A DNA stretch of 64,000 nucleotides, from contig MCFE01000082.1 in assembly GCA_002104905.1 (NCBI GenBank), positions 62,001 through 126,000 on the forward strand, read 5' to 3'. Source of the DNA: Basidiobolus meristosporus CBS 931.73 (taxonomy: Eukaryota; Fungi; Basidiobolomycota). The notes beneath the pieces are model-generated. The model made no database searches, was not told where the DNA came from, and saw only the letters and a list, made by a program, of their open reading frames with translations. Shown piece after piece: positions 12,180 to 28,121 of this stretch. Both the position numbers and the translations under genes were made by a program. How positions within the stretch are numbered: the first letter of the stretch is position 1; the number at the start of each line of letters is the position of its first letter.

Positions 12180-13563
12180 AAAATGTGTAGAGATTCTGGT
12201 ATTTTCCTCGCAGATAAGTGCTCAGAAAGTGTATTGACCCTCTCGTATAATCCGAACTCCTCAACTTCCCATATACATATCAAGCGGTTGAAATAACTCG
12301 TTGGTAAAGTAATGTTCCTCAATTCGTTTTGGCCAGTTCGTAGTGAGGATGTATTTTATGAGAGGTTGATATGGTTTGTCCACTATCGTAATAAATACCA
12401 TCAGTGAAAACAAATTGTGCAAATGTAGGATGAATAATTGAATTTAGATTATGAAGACAGCGCTTAACGGTGATTAACAATTTATCTAAGCTCAATGGTA
12501 ATTCACAGGACGGTTGTGGTTTGTGTAATTTTGTAGGCAGAGTCATTTTGACACATGAGCATCATTGTGATCATAATATAGCTAGCTAAGGTAGATTATC
12601 TTAACTTTGGTATAGCTTCTTTAGCCGCAAATTCTCAAGGATGTTAGAATTGCCCGATATCCCCTACATGAATGGAAAAACATACAAAACTATCTTTCAC
12701 ACGGTCTAGTCATTATATCAGCTACTAATATAAAAGGCATAGGTGCCTAGTATTTTAGCCTATTACCGCGTTACGCGAATATCAATCATTTGAGGCAACA
12801 AAGAAATATAGTGACAGCATCTAACCCCGACCTACAAAGTACCATTTTTGAGATATCATTACCGGAAAGCTATAAACAAGTATATCTATTTCATGATACT
12901 GGTAGTCTGAAAGTATATTCCAAAAAGCGAGTTATTTCTTATACCCATCAGCCTATGGCATTTTGTCGTCTTTCTACGACAGATCAAATCTAGACCAGGT
13001 TTTCCCAAATCCAATCTTATAAACGAGCAATCTTCACTGCTCATCAGCTCGTAGATTCTCTACATTTCGAAACCTTCATCGAGTACCAAAATTTTGTTGT
13101 CCTTTGTATAATACCTCAAATTCCTTGTTATTACAAGTTAGTGCGTTCTAGAATCCCATCAATTATTAGTACAAGTCAGGCTCTATGAATAATTAAGATT
13201 AGTACATTAGTATTGGTAGCTGATTGATTCCCCAACATCAGCACAGACCAATTTGAATTAATATCTATCATTATCTAATCTATTATCATATACCAATCTC
13301 TAGTTTGATACTGGTATTGCTCATGGACCTCGAGATTATCTGGAGGCTTCTGAAAATTAACTCGAGATATGATAAGATATGATTGGCTTTGAATTACATC
13401 TGAACAATTTTGGGGATTCAATATTTAAAGCTGCCCTATAGTCTATTGGTTAGCCCCAAATTCAAGATAAGAGCTTTTTTTTATTTGGCATTGTTCGTTT
13501 ACCATCGCCAGCATCTTCTTTGCTGCTTAATTTCTACTGCCGTTTCAAGAACCAAATAGCGCC

Positions 13564-15130
13564 ATGGAGTCTCATGCAAAGTATCAAAGTCCTCTTACTT
13601 CCAGATATGCCTCCCAGGAAATGGCATACAATTTCTCCGACGACAAGAGATTCAGTAACTGGCGTAAACTGTGGCTCAATCTTGCTACTGCCGAAAGACA
13701 GCTGGGTCTGAAAGACATTACCGAGGAGGCCTTGGAAGAAATGCGCCAACACTTGGTACAGAGCATGTTCCCGTAGCTATATTCCTATTTTTTTTTGAGA
13801 GCTCACCTCTTGCATAGTACGATATAGATTATGAAGTCGCTGCTGTTGAAGAGAAAAAACGTCGTCACGATGTCATGGCACATGTTCATACATTTGGTCT
13901 TGTTTGCCCGAATGCCGCTCCCATCATCCATCTCGGTGCTACCTCCTGCTATGTTACTGATAATGGTGATCTTATGAACCTTCGTGACGGTTTGGACATC
14001 TTATTGGATAAACTCGCTTATGTTATCGATTCTCTTGCCAAGTTTGCGAAACAGTACCGTGATCTTCCTACTTTGGGCTTCACCCATTTCCAACCCGCAC
14101 AGCTCACCACGGTTGGTAAACGCGCTACTCTGTGGCTTCAGGTATGTGTTTCCATAAATGTTTTTTATGCGCACTATCTTATGCTAAGTAAATTACAAAG
14201 GAATTACTATGGGATTTGCGTAACCTTACTCGTGCTCGTGATGATCTTCAATTCCGTGGTGTGAAGGGAACTACCGGTACTCAAGCCTCTTTCTTGACTT
14301 TATTTGATGGTGATCATGATAAAGTGGAGCAATTGGATCAGCTTGTAACCGAGCTTTCGGGCTTCTCTACTCCATATGCAGTTACTGGTCAAACTTATTC
14401 CCGCAAGGTGGATAACGATGTGCTGGCTCCTCTCTCTTCTTTCGGTGCCACTGCCCACAAGATTGCCACTGATATTAGATTGTTGGCTAATCTTAAAGAG
14501 ATTGAAGAGCCTTTCGAGAAAGACCAGATTGGTTCGTCTGCTATGGCTTACAAGAGAAACCCTATGAGATGTGAGCGTATCTGCTCGCTTTCCAGACATT
14601 TAATGATTCTGGTCCAAGATGCTTTGGCGACCTCCAGTGTTCAATGGCTCGAAAGAACTCTTGACGATAGTGCTATTCGTCGTATCAGTATCCCAGAGGC
14701 ATTCCTGACCGCCGATATTCTTCTTACCATTCTTCAAAACGTTTTTGATGGCATGGTGGTCTACCCAGCTGTCATTAAGCAACGTATCAACCAGGAGCTA
14801 CCATTTATGGCTACTGAGAACGTTATTATGGCGATGGTTAAAAAAGGTGGAGATAGACAAGTCTGTCACGAGGAGATTCGCGTTCTATCTCACCAAGCTG
14901 CACATAAGGTGAAGGTAGAAGGCGAGCGCAACGATTTGATTGAAAGAATCAAGTCTACCAAATATTTCGAGCCTATCTGGCAAGACCTTGATAAGCTCTT
15001 AGACCCATCCACATTCATTGGCCGCGCACCTGAACAGGTAGATAGTTTCTTGGCCAAGTGTGTTGAGCCTGCACTCGCTCCATTCCAAGAGAAATTGAAG
15101 TCCAAGACTGAGGCAGTTTTGAGCGTTTAG
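13564..15130 (+). CDS. ADE13: Adenylosuccinate lyase; 3 exons
   Basis: [52 protein letters not shown] and the lyase signature [11 protein letters not shown]. Confidence 0.97.
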
Positions 15131-15664
15131 AGAGTTATTACCATTTCAGTCATTTAGCATCGAATTCGTTAGTTCAACGTAAATAAATCAGTTAATTTGC
15201 AGCACAAGTCTGATATGGTCGATAGTGAACTCTCAATAGACGAGGTATTGAATCAGAATCACATAAATAGCCTCAAGTTGAAATAATTAAAGGACTCTAG
15301 TCTGTTTTGGTGTGCTCTATTAAATATGCTTATATTAGCCAGACCTCATGGAATGTGAGTTCCAAAGTAAGCAGTCAATTCTATTCGATAAAAAGATGTG
15401 CTATAAAACGAAGAAGCAAAGGGCTTGATGACAAGATGTTCATAATAAGTTTTGGTCACAAAGTATGGCCAGAACTATTACCAAAGTAAATTTTTCGACA
15501 TTAAATAATATGTACTCTGAACTCTATATTGGTGAAAAATCAAACGAATGGAGTCTGGACTACAGTTGAGTTTTAACAACAACATATTAGTGCTTGCCAA
15601 TCGGGAAGCTGGATGTATCATCACCGTATTCTTTAGTACAAAAAGTGTTAATACTGTATATGTT

Positions 15665-17427
<1,763 letters not shown>

Positions 17428-18368
17428 GAAGTATATCAAAATGTGGAATCCTTAACAGAGAGGTAAACAAAGGTCAATATTGATACACAGTGTTTTCTCT
17501 GTGAGTGTGAAGTCGTGTGATTTACAGAGGCTCTGCAAAGGTATACTGAAGTATTACAGAACAAGTAATTGAGAATAGGGTGTTATGTAAATGAGTGGAA
17601 GGTTGGCATAAGAACCATGAAAAGCGCTCTTCAATAGGATGAAAGCCAATTAAAAGCTAGGGAAAGTTGAGGAAGATTGACAATGACTTGAGTTGGTGAT
17701 AGAGTCAATAAAGGAGGAAAGACAACACAATAAACAATTTAGGAAGGATAAACTCGTGAAACTAAAGTCAGGTATGTATTAAGTAATGGACCCAAATGTA
17801 GAAAATTAATGAGGGGTGTTCGTGTAAAAGAGGTGAACTATCGGAAAATTTATCAGGCTTGTGGTTAGGTCACACGATATAATATAAGGATGTATTGTTT
17901 GAGTCTGGGAATAATAATGCTCATTCCCATATAGGGTAAAAATTAAAGAAGATATCGTAGCCAATCCTGGCGACGCAACTGCTAGGGTGTTGAGAAAGTT
18001 CATATCTGCAGTTATCAATATCAAGTATTAGAGTCAGCACCAGGTAACCAGTGTCAATATGTATTGGATTGCTCTTGTACCTATCCTATGTTTTGTCGAT
18101 CAGTCAACTGCAAGTGAGAATGGCTTATGTTATGTGTTAGAACAAACGACAGTCTTTTGCTATTATGCATAGTTTAAATAATCAACACATACTTTTACTT
18201 GCTTTGCAGTACTTGAAGGAGTATTTATAAACCCGCCTGCTGATGGATCGTCGCCGAATCCCTTCAGTGTGCGGCTTATGTCACTGGAAAATTCGTAGCT
18301 TCCATAGATACCTACCATTTATACCCTATCTACAGCTCACCCTACAGCCTTCATCCCATCAACAAGCC

Positions 18369-19440
18369 ATGGCCCCTTGCATCCCGATCCTCAAGCCCAC
18401 ACCCGTTTCCTCAGATCCACGATGTCACAGTTTTGTGACCAACCTGCACACTCCACCGGAAAGTCCAGGTATTTTGAATTGAAGTCAAACTGAATATACT
18501 CCCTAGTCTGAGATGTACTTTGTAGCATTGGTTGAAGGCAAAGTGTCTCCAATCAAGGCAGAACGAAAATATAAGCCTTGGGGCAAGAATCGCCCCCAGT
18601 TAAGAATAGAAACGAGCAATAATCAGCCGTTAATGGGTTCCTGTAGATTTTCCTTACTAACCCCCAGTGCATCTCCGAAACCGCGGCCCGATTGGGATGA
18701 CGATTTCGTAACCAAGCCATGTGATGCAGACAAATAGTAAGGAACCGTTTCCATCATGTCGTATAGACATTATAATTTAAACCCTTCCAGTTCTAGGACC
18801 AAAAAAGGGGATGTTACTGCCGTACGATCTAGATCTAGAAGCTCTAGCTCAGTCAGTGATGCATCCGTCAGAAGCTGGTCACCGGACATGGATGCACGCT
18901 CCTCAGCTTCAGGTAGTTCCCTTGATCGATACCAGGGATGCCTTTCGTGTTCCAGGTGAGCCAACAACATCTAGAATGCTGCTATAGGATTTTCATTTAG
19001 ATAATTACTTTGGCATAGAACAAAACGTAAGGCAGAAAATCATCAAGAGAGTCTTGGTATGGGAATTGGTAATTTTGTAGATGATTTTTGTCTCACATTT
19101 TAACCAGCATGTGGATCTCGCGACGAGGAGTTAAAGGAAGCGTTAGATGTGATAGAGGTGAGAAATTTAGACTATCCAGTACAAACAACTGACTAATCCT
19201 CCCTAAAAAGACACTTCAGAAAGCCTTAGAAGACGGTGCTTGGCTTCCATATGCGATTTTTTATGCACGGTCATTGACTTTGAACGCTTTTTAGAGAGAG
19301 CCCAGCGCGAAACCATCGAAAGAAACGTTTCTGTAGAGAAGAGAAAAAGGCATCAGTATGAAGGAATTATCCAGAAACGAAATTTCACAATTATGGAACT
19401 TCGTAAGTTTAGAGTGCATATTGATGGGAAATCTAACTAA
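18369..19440 (+). pseudogene. Probable pseudogene (or truncated gene) of an unknown Ser-rich/coiled-coil protein
   Basis: Two canonical introns (18469-18525, 19158-19210) join one reading frame that persists through six stops (18735, 18738, 18957, 18972, 19002, 19101) and a frameshift near 19240. The tail EELKEALDVIETLQKALE..RFLERAQRETIE looks like a coiled coil. Confidence 0.5.
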
Positions 19441-20255
19441 TACCTGGCCATAAAAATGCATTTAAGGTCACTCGATGCAAGATCTAGAGATGGTCCATGC
19501 AAACTTAAAAGCCAGGCATCTTGACCTGAAGCATGAAAGTCACAAAAGAGTAAAATTGGAGGCAGCATTCAGGTACCCCATTTTCCATAAATAGGATCGG
19601 CCAGTTCACCAATCCCCTATTTCCTTCTACTAAGGGAGCACCTGGAGGAGCAAGTTCGAACGCTATCGTCAATGATTTCGACTGATGTTATGGTTACTAT
19701 GCTCGAGGAACAACTCGATGTATTACACGTCTCATAGCAATTTATACTACATATTATTTAACAGTCTTTGTATCAATCTTCAGACTCTGGATGTAAACGA
19801 TACAGCCTTGAAGCCCTTGTGTATCAATCTTTAAGCTGAGCAACACCAGTATTATATATACCCAACGCCAGTGGCAGTATGAGTATCCCTGTTAAATGCC
19901 AACAACTTATGAATATCCCGGCACAAATCTCACATACCTGCCACTATCCGTATTGCTTCAAAATGCAAAATAAGTGTGGTATTAAGATTGATAATATACT
20001 ACTTCAATAAAGAGACACTACATTGCTACACAAACTTTGAGTAACATGAGCCATCCGCTCCCTCGGATGATCACGAAGAATTCAACTACCAATACGATTC
20101 AGAAATACACTAATAACTTTATTGATCTCCAACCAAGTTGATCGAATCCAGACAATTTGGAACGGAACTAGGGAGGGGACTGGTGAGAAAGACCAGAATT
20201 AAGCCAGGTGGCTAGAAAAATGGCCTTTACAAGATGAAGATGACTTACATGAGTT

Positions 20256-21444
20256 CTAGTGAGCTGCGCGATATTCCTCGATATGCTTCTTAATTTGTAC
20301 AGTGACTCGTTCAGCAGTGCTTTCCTTTCCGTAACAGTCGATGAATTTCCCATCAGGACCCATCAGGTAGAAGAAGATCGAATGGTCGACAAGATAGTCC
20401 TCGCCCTCCTCAACATTAGGTGGCTTGCTGAAGTAAACGCGATAAGCCTTAGCTACGGTCTTGATTTGCTCGAAATCACCGGTCATTCCGATGAGCTTGG
20501 GATGGAAGTCTACGGAATTACTAATTTAAGTACAATTGTCTAGTGGCTAAGAGATAGCGCAGCCTACCTCTGACGTATTCTTTGATTTTGTCGACCGAGT
20601 CACGCTGTGGATCGCACGTGATGAAAATAGGCACGATTTCCTCCTTAATAGACTTGTCGCTCTCTACAGAAGAGGAGGGATGTGAATATCGGGACAAATA
20701 TCAGTGCTCCCAGTGTTCTTACCTAACGCGTCAACTACTTCGCCGATTTTATCGAGCTCATCAGGGCAAATATCTGGGCAATGGGTGAATCCGAAATACA
20801 CCAACATGTATTTACCCAGGAAATCCTTGTCGGTAACGGTCTTTCCATTTTGATCGACCAACTCGAAGGGTCCCCCAAGCTTGGGCTTCCCATAGTACTT
20901 GTTTTCTCCCACAACTTTCTCTGAAACATTCCGTAACAGGTTAGTCCGGCGCCTAGCTTGGACTAGAGAAAACACTGAATTTCACATACTCTGCGCGGCC
21001 TTCATCTTTTCCTTCTCTTGCTGGAAGTAGTAGTACAGACCGGCGCCAGTAGCAACAAATACGGCGGCGCTTTTCCACGTAAATGTCTAATTGTATGTCT
21101 GGTTAGTTTTAGAGTAAATGAAGTGGATAAATACCAATATACTTACACCAAGAGTGGCACGATCCCTGGCAATTGTTTCCTTATTGACACTATAGAATCT
21201 GGAGGTGACACGAGGGTTTCTGGCCTGAAGCCTGGCCGTTAGCATTGAGGACTCTAAGCCCTGTGGAGACAGATCATGATTAGCGAGACAACATATAACG
21301 GCACAAGGATGCATACATACATAGCCCAACGAACAAGCGGCTTTTCTGGTGATACGAAGACTATTCCTTACTATGAAGAGGTTATGAATCTATGCCGAAA
21401 GAAAGTGACGCCTCAAGGAGCTTTGACTTACCTCCAGCCAACAT
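20256..21444 (-). CDS. SCO1: Mitochondrial copper chaperone SCO1/SCO2; multi-exon
   Basis: [31 protein letters not shown] (CxxxC), [16 protein letters not shown]. The spliced N-terminus [22 protein letters not shown] resembles a presequence. Confidence 0.93.
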
Positions 21445-21890
21445 AATGTAGCAGTTTTAGTTAAAGATGATTCTGACGGAGGTTTAGCAATATAAATTTT
21501 CCCCTCCCCAAATCATGATATTTAAATTATTAATCTAAACAATTTTCCCCAACACCCTAGTTCTATTAAAGCTGGATCATCATCGAATCCTGTCAAAACC
21601 AAAATTTTATTTGTAATCGGTCATAACCATTCCCTTTTGTAGAAAACATTTGTAATAGATATGGATTTCCGACCCAGTAGTGCATAGACTTGGCAGCCCA
21701 GGGTGTCTGTCACGAATCCAGATACCTTATTGTGTAAAGTCCGCCACTCTATGGAGGGAGTACTTGAACGTGCATTGTTTATCATGCGATGGACTATAGT
21801 TTACTAGTAAGCTCACTAATTATGTTACACAATTGGCTAATCTCAACCGCTCAGCCTACAACACAATAATCCGAAGCTAATAAAGCACTG

Positions 21891-22882
21891 TCAATGTTCA
21901 AACAGTTGCTCAAAAATTCGTTGGAGATGCTTTGGATCTTGCCATTCAATAACCGAGGCTTTCAATTGATCGTTTTCTTTCGCCGCCTTCAGAAGAGGGA
22001 CTAACGAGAAGCCAGATCTGGCCAGCACTATATCCTGACTAGGATAAAATCAGTACAGTTCAAAGCATATTTGTCAATTGCACTTATTGCATCATTTACC
22101 TTCTTAAGAGCAGGCTGGGACAAAGATCGTTCTTCGAGTCGCCAACATAAATCATTCTATCGAAATCCTCCTTACCCTTGAGATAGCTCTTCATTTCTTT
22201 TCCCTTGCATATATTGACGTTACAAAGGGCGCAATTATGCGGATTACTCTGGGGCGTCAGACGAGTAACACGTAGGCAACCTTCGGAATCGAATTGCGCA
22301 GGATTCGTACGGACGAGCTCAAACACGTCCAACACGCCGGAAGCCTGGTGAAATCGATTAAGTTGAGTTCTACTGTTGGTGTTATTATGTTGGTCTATTC
22401 GAACTTGACAAACCTTCAGACACTTATCGATAAATATTGTATTGGAATCCGAAAGAATTATATGTTTCGCTCCCTTAGATTTAGATAGAAGTAGCGATTG
22501 TATCATCTCAGGTTCCTTGAGGTTTGAAAACTTTTAACTGACATGTTCGTATAAGTAGTCCTGAAAGCAAGAATTATTTACCAATTTTAAACCATCTAAA
22601 AAGTCCTCCAGTCGTTTCCGTGAGATCCCTTCTTGATGCAGGGCGACCAATAAGGAAGCCTTTGTGAAAACAGTTAGAGCTACAATCCCAAGCTTACAGG
22701 CCAGGCCCATGCTCAAAATAGTTGATGTGTGTATATACCATCAGGTCGGTCCATTGTTCTTTACCAGCACGCTCTCTTTGTTGCTGAAAGAGATAAGGCG
22801 ACAGCTGTTTGAATATGATGGTGTCCGAATTTTCTTCAAATAAACTCCAATCAAAATCCCAAACAACTAGTGTGCCGGTCAT
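21891..22882 (-). CDS. HAD-superfamily phosphatase, PHOSPHO1/PHOSPHO2 (pyridoxal phosphate phosphatase)-like; multi-exon
   Basis: LVVWDFDWSLFEENSD (DxD), IILSDSNTIFID, CALCNVNICKG, MIYVGDSKNDLCP. Confidence 0.88.
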
Positions 22883-25219
22883 GCTATACTCACGAACTTC
22901 CAAGTGTTATTAGTGTAAAGTGTGTATGGACCAAGTAATGAGCAAGATCCAGTTATTGGTCACGATGGTACTTACTCATTAACTAGCCAACTCCACATTA
23001 TTGATACTGGCATAGTAGTCCAGTATCAGCCAATCAATGGGTTTACCGTCATTACGATATACACCACCGGCTGTTGGCATAGTAAATCAAATTTATTGGT
23101 CACAAGCAATGGGATTACTTAAAAACCCAAGGAATGGAAAGGGGTCACAATGTTGCAAAGGAATATTAACTAGACGGAGCGCTGGACAGAATGATCTTGT
23201 ATACCGGTGTCAGATCACTTTTTATTATCGTTGATACTTGGTCAGTGAGTGATACTGAGGGCTGGTGAATCATATGGACTTGCTGGAGCAATAGGAATTC
23301 ATACTGAAATTTATTATGTCACGATTTCTGATTGCATGATAATTGCATTAATCAAAACACAGTATTGGAGCCTGGGTAAAATGAACAGTCTCCATATATC
23401 CGCTCACTTTAGTTCAGTGCAGATTTGGTTCAGTCCCCTATCCGTAGAAACCCACGCACATAATAATTTGCAAGACGCAGGCAGCGCTTCCTGGAATCAT
23501 GAAGCATTTGCAAAGGGGTTCAAAATGTGAAGCTGCGACAAGAGGAGAGATTCCATTTAATTTGATGCACATCCACACATGTACTAGGAGCAAGTCTTAC
23601 TGAGCGTACAAAAGAGCGATTGCTTATTAGTAGTATACTGTTGTAGTTTCCCATTCTTGGCGGCTCTACAAGGACATCTTTTACATTCGATGGATGGCCT
23701 ATACTTCATGGTATATCTAAGTATGATTCTTCATCTAGAACTGCGATGAGTTTGGGAATAGCATATCGTAACGCTCTGTTGGATGTACACAAATCATAAA
23801 CCATCATCTATTGTTGGAAGTTTCACACAACACCTACAAATCGCTACTTGAGGGATATTAATGGGTAACCTCCATCACCTGTTAATCTCTATCCAGACCA
23901 ACGCGAGATATCATCGAGTTTATTGGCTAAGCATCTTCTCCGGCTTTGGTTACTATACATGGCTTCAACTTCACACCCTCGGTTGCACATATGATAAGGC
24001 TTGCTCCAAATCTTCAGGCCGACAAATTCTACCTTCATACCTGTGAAGAATTGCGACTATCTGAGTGTACGATGGTAAGTACCAATATAAAGTGTATACT
24101 GTACTGCAGTGCCATCTTGATTTTCTTCTTAAATGGTAACATTCTTATATACACAGAAGCTCAGATTCCCAAGATTTCCACTAATGTACAATCGTGTCAC
24201 CTATATCCCAAAGGACAACGGCAAAAATGTAATCTATTATCACAGCTTTTTCTCAAAGATGTAGATGCTCAATATATTGAAGGGAGATTGCCCACCTATC
24301 CAAAAGGAGATCACCTATAGAAAAGGTAATATAACTTGGGGTAATATAAATATAGTACATCATCCAAAGTATAGATGAAAGTATATTATTTATTCATAAG
24401 CTGGATCCTATAAATTTGTACTAGTTACCATTTGCGGGACTGGCAAGTTTATGGAAAAACATAGATGCGTACTAGGCAGACCTGACCTATCGATGACCTT
24501 GGAACTCCGTCGCTAAATAAAGATAGCTCTGGTATCAAACTTGAGCATATACTGGAGTAAATCGTTTGGTGTCACTTCTCACTCGAGTATCATGTAGAGC
24601 TTTATGGGGAGATATTTAAAATCATGTGGCATTATGATTCAGCCTACCAGCACATAAGCTGCGCTTTACAAAACAACTGATGCAAGCCTTTCAAATGGGG
24701 TTGAAAAGTCATCATAAAAGTTCGCCTGACAAATAGGATGAAGTGGGCATGTTGGAGGATTGTACTCAATGCTGCCTCTCTGGTCAATTGCTCTTTTTAC
24801 CGAGTTATCATGGCCAAGAATTCCCTTGAGCTCCATTGTCGACTGATATTTAATGAGTTTGCTAAGGTCAATTGAGATAGCTTGTATAAAGGGAATTTCT
24901 TCTAGTGTTGGAATTATTGGAGATCAAGTACCGTAAGGAATCGGAGGGATATACGCGTGAGGTATCTCAACTACATTATTGTACATTATATAATACTAAA
25001 GCATATGTAATAATAAGCGTACCAAAAGACTTGGCCAAAACTTGTATGCGTGTAAAAGAACGGTCAGCAAAATATCGAGGGGAATGGTCTTGATGCGTAG
25101 ACAAGAGATAAAGCGTAGGTATTTACACAAGATATTGAGTGTAACTCTAAATCAAACTCCAATTGAAAAGTTCCGATGTCTAGCCAATTCACAACACACG
25201 TTTCGTACACACAGAAAGC

Positions 25220-26974
25220 TCATGAGAAGTTTTCTCCCGAGGTGTAAATCGAATAACTCATGCCATCCATAAACGGGATTGGTGTGTTGATGCTTGCTGA
25301 GGATAGCGACCCATCTAGGGGAATCCCAGTTTGGTCTGAACTCATTTGAAATGAAGTAGAGAAATTCACTTGGTCGGTGGGTTGGTGAGGCTTACCTACG
25401 TAATTGCCATTTACGCTAGACGATTTGGCTGAAAGGTTCCAATTAGTCGAGTCCATACTATGGCCTCTCATCATGGTGCCACGCGTGATCGAATTGTATT
25501 GAGGAACAGGGTTTTGTCTAAGCGAATTCGATCCCAACTGTAGCATCTGATTTTGGTGGATATCCTGATGCTCCAGAAGAAGCTCTTCGTTGGAGAGGAA
25601 TATCGGGTTGTAGCTCTTCCCGATACGTGGCTCAGATAAACGACGCATTTTGAGTTTACCATGATCGCCAATAAGATTGGGCTGATTGCTGTATGGGGCT
25701 GGTTGAGCCATATGTGGATAGTTGGGCTTGGCAAATGGTACCTCCAATGAATCATTCAGCATAAAGCATGGGATTTCAGCAGAGGGTTGTTGTCCTTGAA
25801 AGAATGGCTGATTTTGCGGTTGACTGGCAAGATGGGCATGGTCATAAAATTGATCATCTTCGGCAATTGTAGCCAGATGTTGCTTTTCAGTGGGGACAAA
25901 GCCCATGCTGACGAAGGATGCGATAAACTCTGGAGGACACGAGTTTCTTCTGGTATTGCCTGGGAAGCTGGTTGGTGTTCCCAGGTTTGCACTGCTTCCA
26001 TGCAACAGGTTACCTTGAGACCCCATGTCATCAGCGATTGAATTTATGGAGGGACTATAGGTCGACACATAGTCTTGTAAGTGATCAGGAAGCGACACGG
26101 CTGACATTGGCGCTGATACTGTATTGGACATGTAGCTGGACATTGGGCTCAGTAGATCAGTGGGAAAGCGGCTTTCAGTTGCAGAGATTGGGCCAAAGGA
26201 CTCCCATCCGGATTTTGGGCCTGGAAGGGAATTTGCGCGACTTCTGAATTCGACGAATTTCTCCTGTGGATTGCTGATGTCATACGGATACGAGTTTTGA
26301 TGGTAATACAGCTGTGATTCTAAAGAGCGTTTGCGTTGTTGCGGTAGTACTTCGAGAGTATCCCTTTGGGATTGATGTTGCCGCATCATTTGCTCATATT
26401 GTTCGGGAGTGGAGGCAATTTTGATCGACTGAGGGTTTGGTCTTTGTTTTTTCCCCGAACTCTCGGCCGCGGCTTTGCCATTTTTGCTGCTCTGCGACAA
26501 GCATTCACTCGAGACCGCTCTCGATATTGAGGACGATTTGATGGTAGTGGATTTCTCTGTTGTATCGGTGAATTCGTGAGATTGAGATCTTTCTTCAGTT
26601 TCTGAGGATGAGTTCTCCTGGCCGTTGGCATCGATTTCGGGATCCACAGGGGCACTCTCATCCGATTTCTCCTGGTTCTTCTGGTTTTTTGCTTTGGCGC
26701 GTCGATTCTGGAACCATACTTGGACTCCACGGGGAGTCATTGCGAGTTCCTGAGCGAGTGTACGGCGGACCGCATTGTTGGGTTTTGGATTCTCATGAAA
26801 GGCCTTTTCGAGAACTTTGAACTGGCTTTTGGTTGTTCTTTTCCTATGCTTAACCTCAAAAGGATTGTAAAAAGAGGTTCGAAAATCCCCATGCCCCGGA
26901 TGATGGAAAGTCTCGAAAATCTGCAAATTAGGGATAAAAGCCTGGTTTGACGAGGAGGGAAGACCGAATTCCAT
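25220..26974 (-). CDS. Homeodomain transcription factor, 584 aa, single exon
   Basis: FYNPFEVKHRKRTTKSQFKVLEKAFHENPKPNNAVRRTLAQELAMTPRGVQVWFQNRRAK (Q50 homeodomain) followed by a long S/Q-rich disordered region. Confidence 0.93.
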   Translation of the reverse strand: MEFGLPSSSNQAFIPNLQIFETFHHPGHGDFRTSFYNPFEVKHRKRTTKSQFKVLEKAFHENPKPNNAVRRTLAQELAMTPRGVQVWFQNRRAKAKNQKNQEKSDESAPVDPEIDANGQENSSSETEERSQSHEFTDTTEKSTTIKSSSISRAVSSECLSQSSKNGKAAAESSGKKQRPNPQSIKIASTPEQYEQMMRQHQSQRDTLEVLPQQRKRSLESQLYYHQNSYPYDISNPQEKFVEFRSRANSLPGPKSGWESFGPISATESRFPTDLLSPMSSYMSNTVSAPMSAVSLPDHLQDYVSTYSPSINSIADDMGSQGNLLHGSSANLGTPTSFPGNTRRNSCPPEFIASFVSMGFVPTEKQHLATIAEDDQFYDHAHLASQPQNQPFFQGQQPSAEIPCFMLNDSLEVPFAKPNYPHMAQPAPYSNQPNLIGDHGKLKMRRLSEPRIGKSYNPIFLSNEELLLEHQDIHQNQMLQLGSNSLRQNPVPQYNSITRGTMMRGHSMDSTNWNLSAKSSSVNGNYVGKPHQPTDQVNFSTSFQMSSDQTGIPLDGSLSSASINTPIPFMDGMSYSIYTSGENFS

Positions 26975-28121
26975 ATTTGTTATCTATATATATATATGAA
27001 GCGATGCAAAATATTTGGAACTAGACGTCTCGCAGATGATCAGGTTGCTGGGGAGGGCTTAGAATATCTATGTTCAAAAGAGGGTTGTTGATGTAGATGA
27101 ATGGGAATCTGTCGATTCATGAGCGCGGAACATCCTATTTAAAAGCAAATCCTGAAGTCTGAGGGGCCGGCGAGTTGCTGCAGGAGGGAGACAAAACTGA
27201 AAGCCGATGTTGTGAGTTGATTGGCTGCTGAAATGTGGGGGAGTCGAAAGAAGCTGGGAGATGGCATTCACGCACACTACCAGAAAAAGTAACCGAATGG
27301 ATCAGAGTGCTATAATATTTACAGTACTCTAAGGAGGTGTTTCCAGAAACCTCATTATGATCGCTGTTTTCCTGGTCAGCATTGTACAAGTGTATCATTG
27401 GATCTTTCCTGAATTCTGTGCGAGTTGGTGCAGGCCTGTTTTGTCCTAGAATCGGAATTTTCAATACCTATGTTCAAGCTACCACCACCTTACCAGTGGG
27501 TAGAAATGATCTATGCTAGACTGATTAAGTCATTGAAAAACTCTACTTGGCCATATATTGATCGACTCCCCCATAGCTATTGGGCCCACTTCATCCTAAT
27601 CCATTGTCGATATTCTGTATTGCCGAATACACATGCAAGGAGTGATCCACATATCAAGGCTACGATTGCAGATGCAGCAACTACGACAGATCTCGCCTGC
27701 TGAGGTTCATGAAACAGCTTCTATCGGGAAATTACTAGCGGTTTTGTTTGTGGCAATACTTGGCCTTAACATGTGCACCAAGCAGCAATTTCAGGGGTTG
27801 TAATAGGTTAGCGCATGCTACTAGCACTTTTGCATTGAAGATTCTATTAGGGGGCCGCATACCATTCTTGAGTCAGCAGTTACAATAACGGCGTGGCAGT
27901 TTCCGATGTGGTGGTGCATCATAATGCGGCTAATTGATCACATTTTCTTGAAACAATTGTTCCTAGGTTGCATGTTGTGATTGTATCTATTGCTTTCAAG
28001 CCACTGTGTGGAATACAGTATTTTGAGTTTGCTTCTCAACGATGTCGTTGTCTCGGCATGGCTTATCATCCCACGTTCCGCAACACATATTGCCAATCGG
28101 AAATGATGTTTTGATGCCGCC

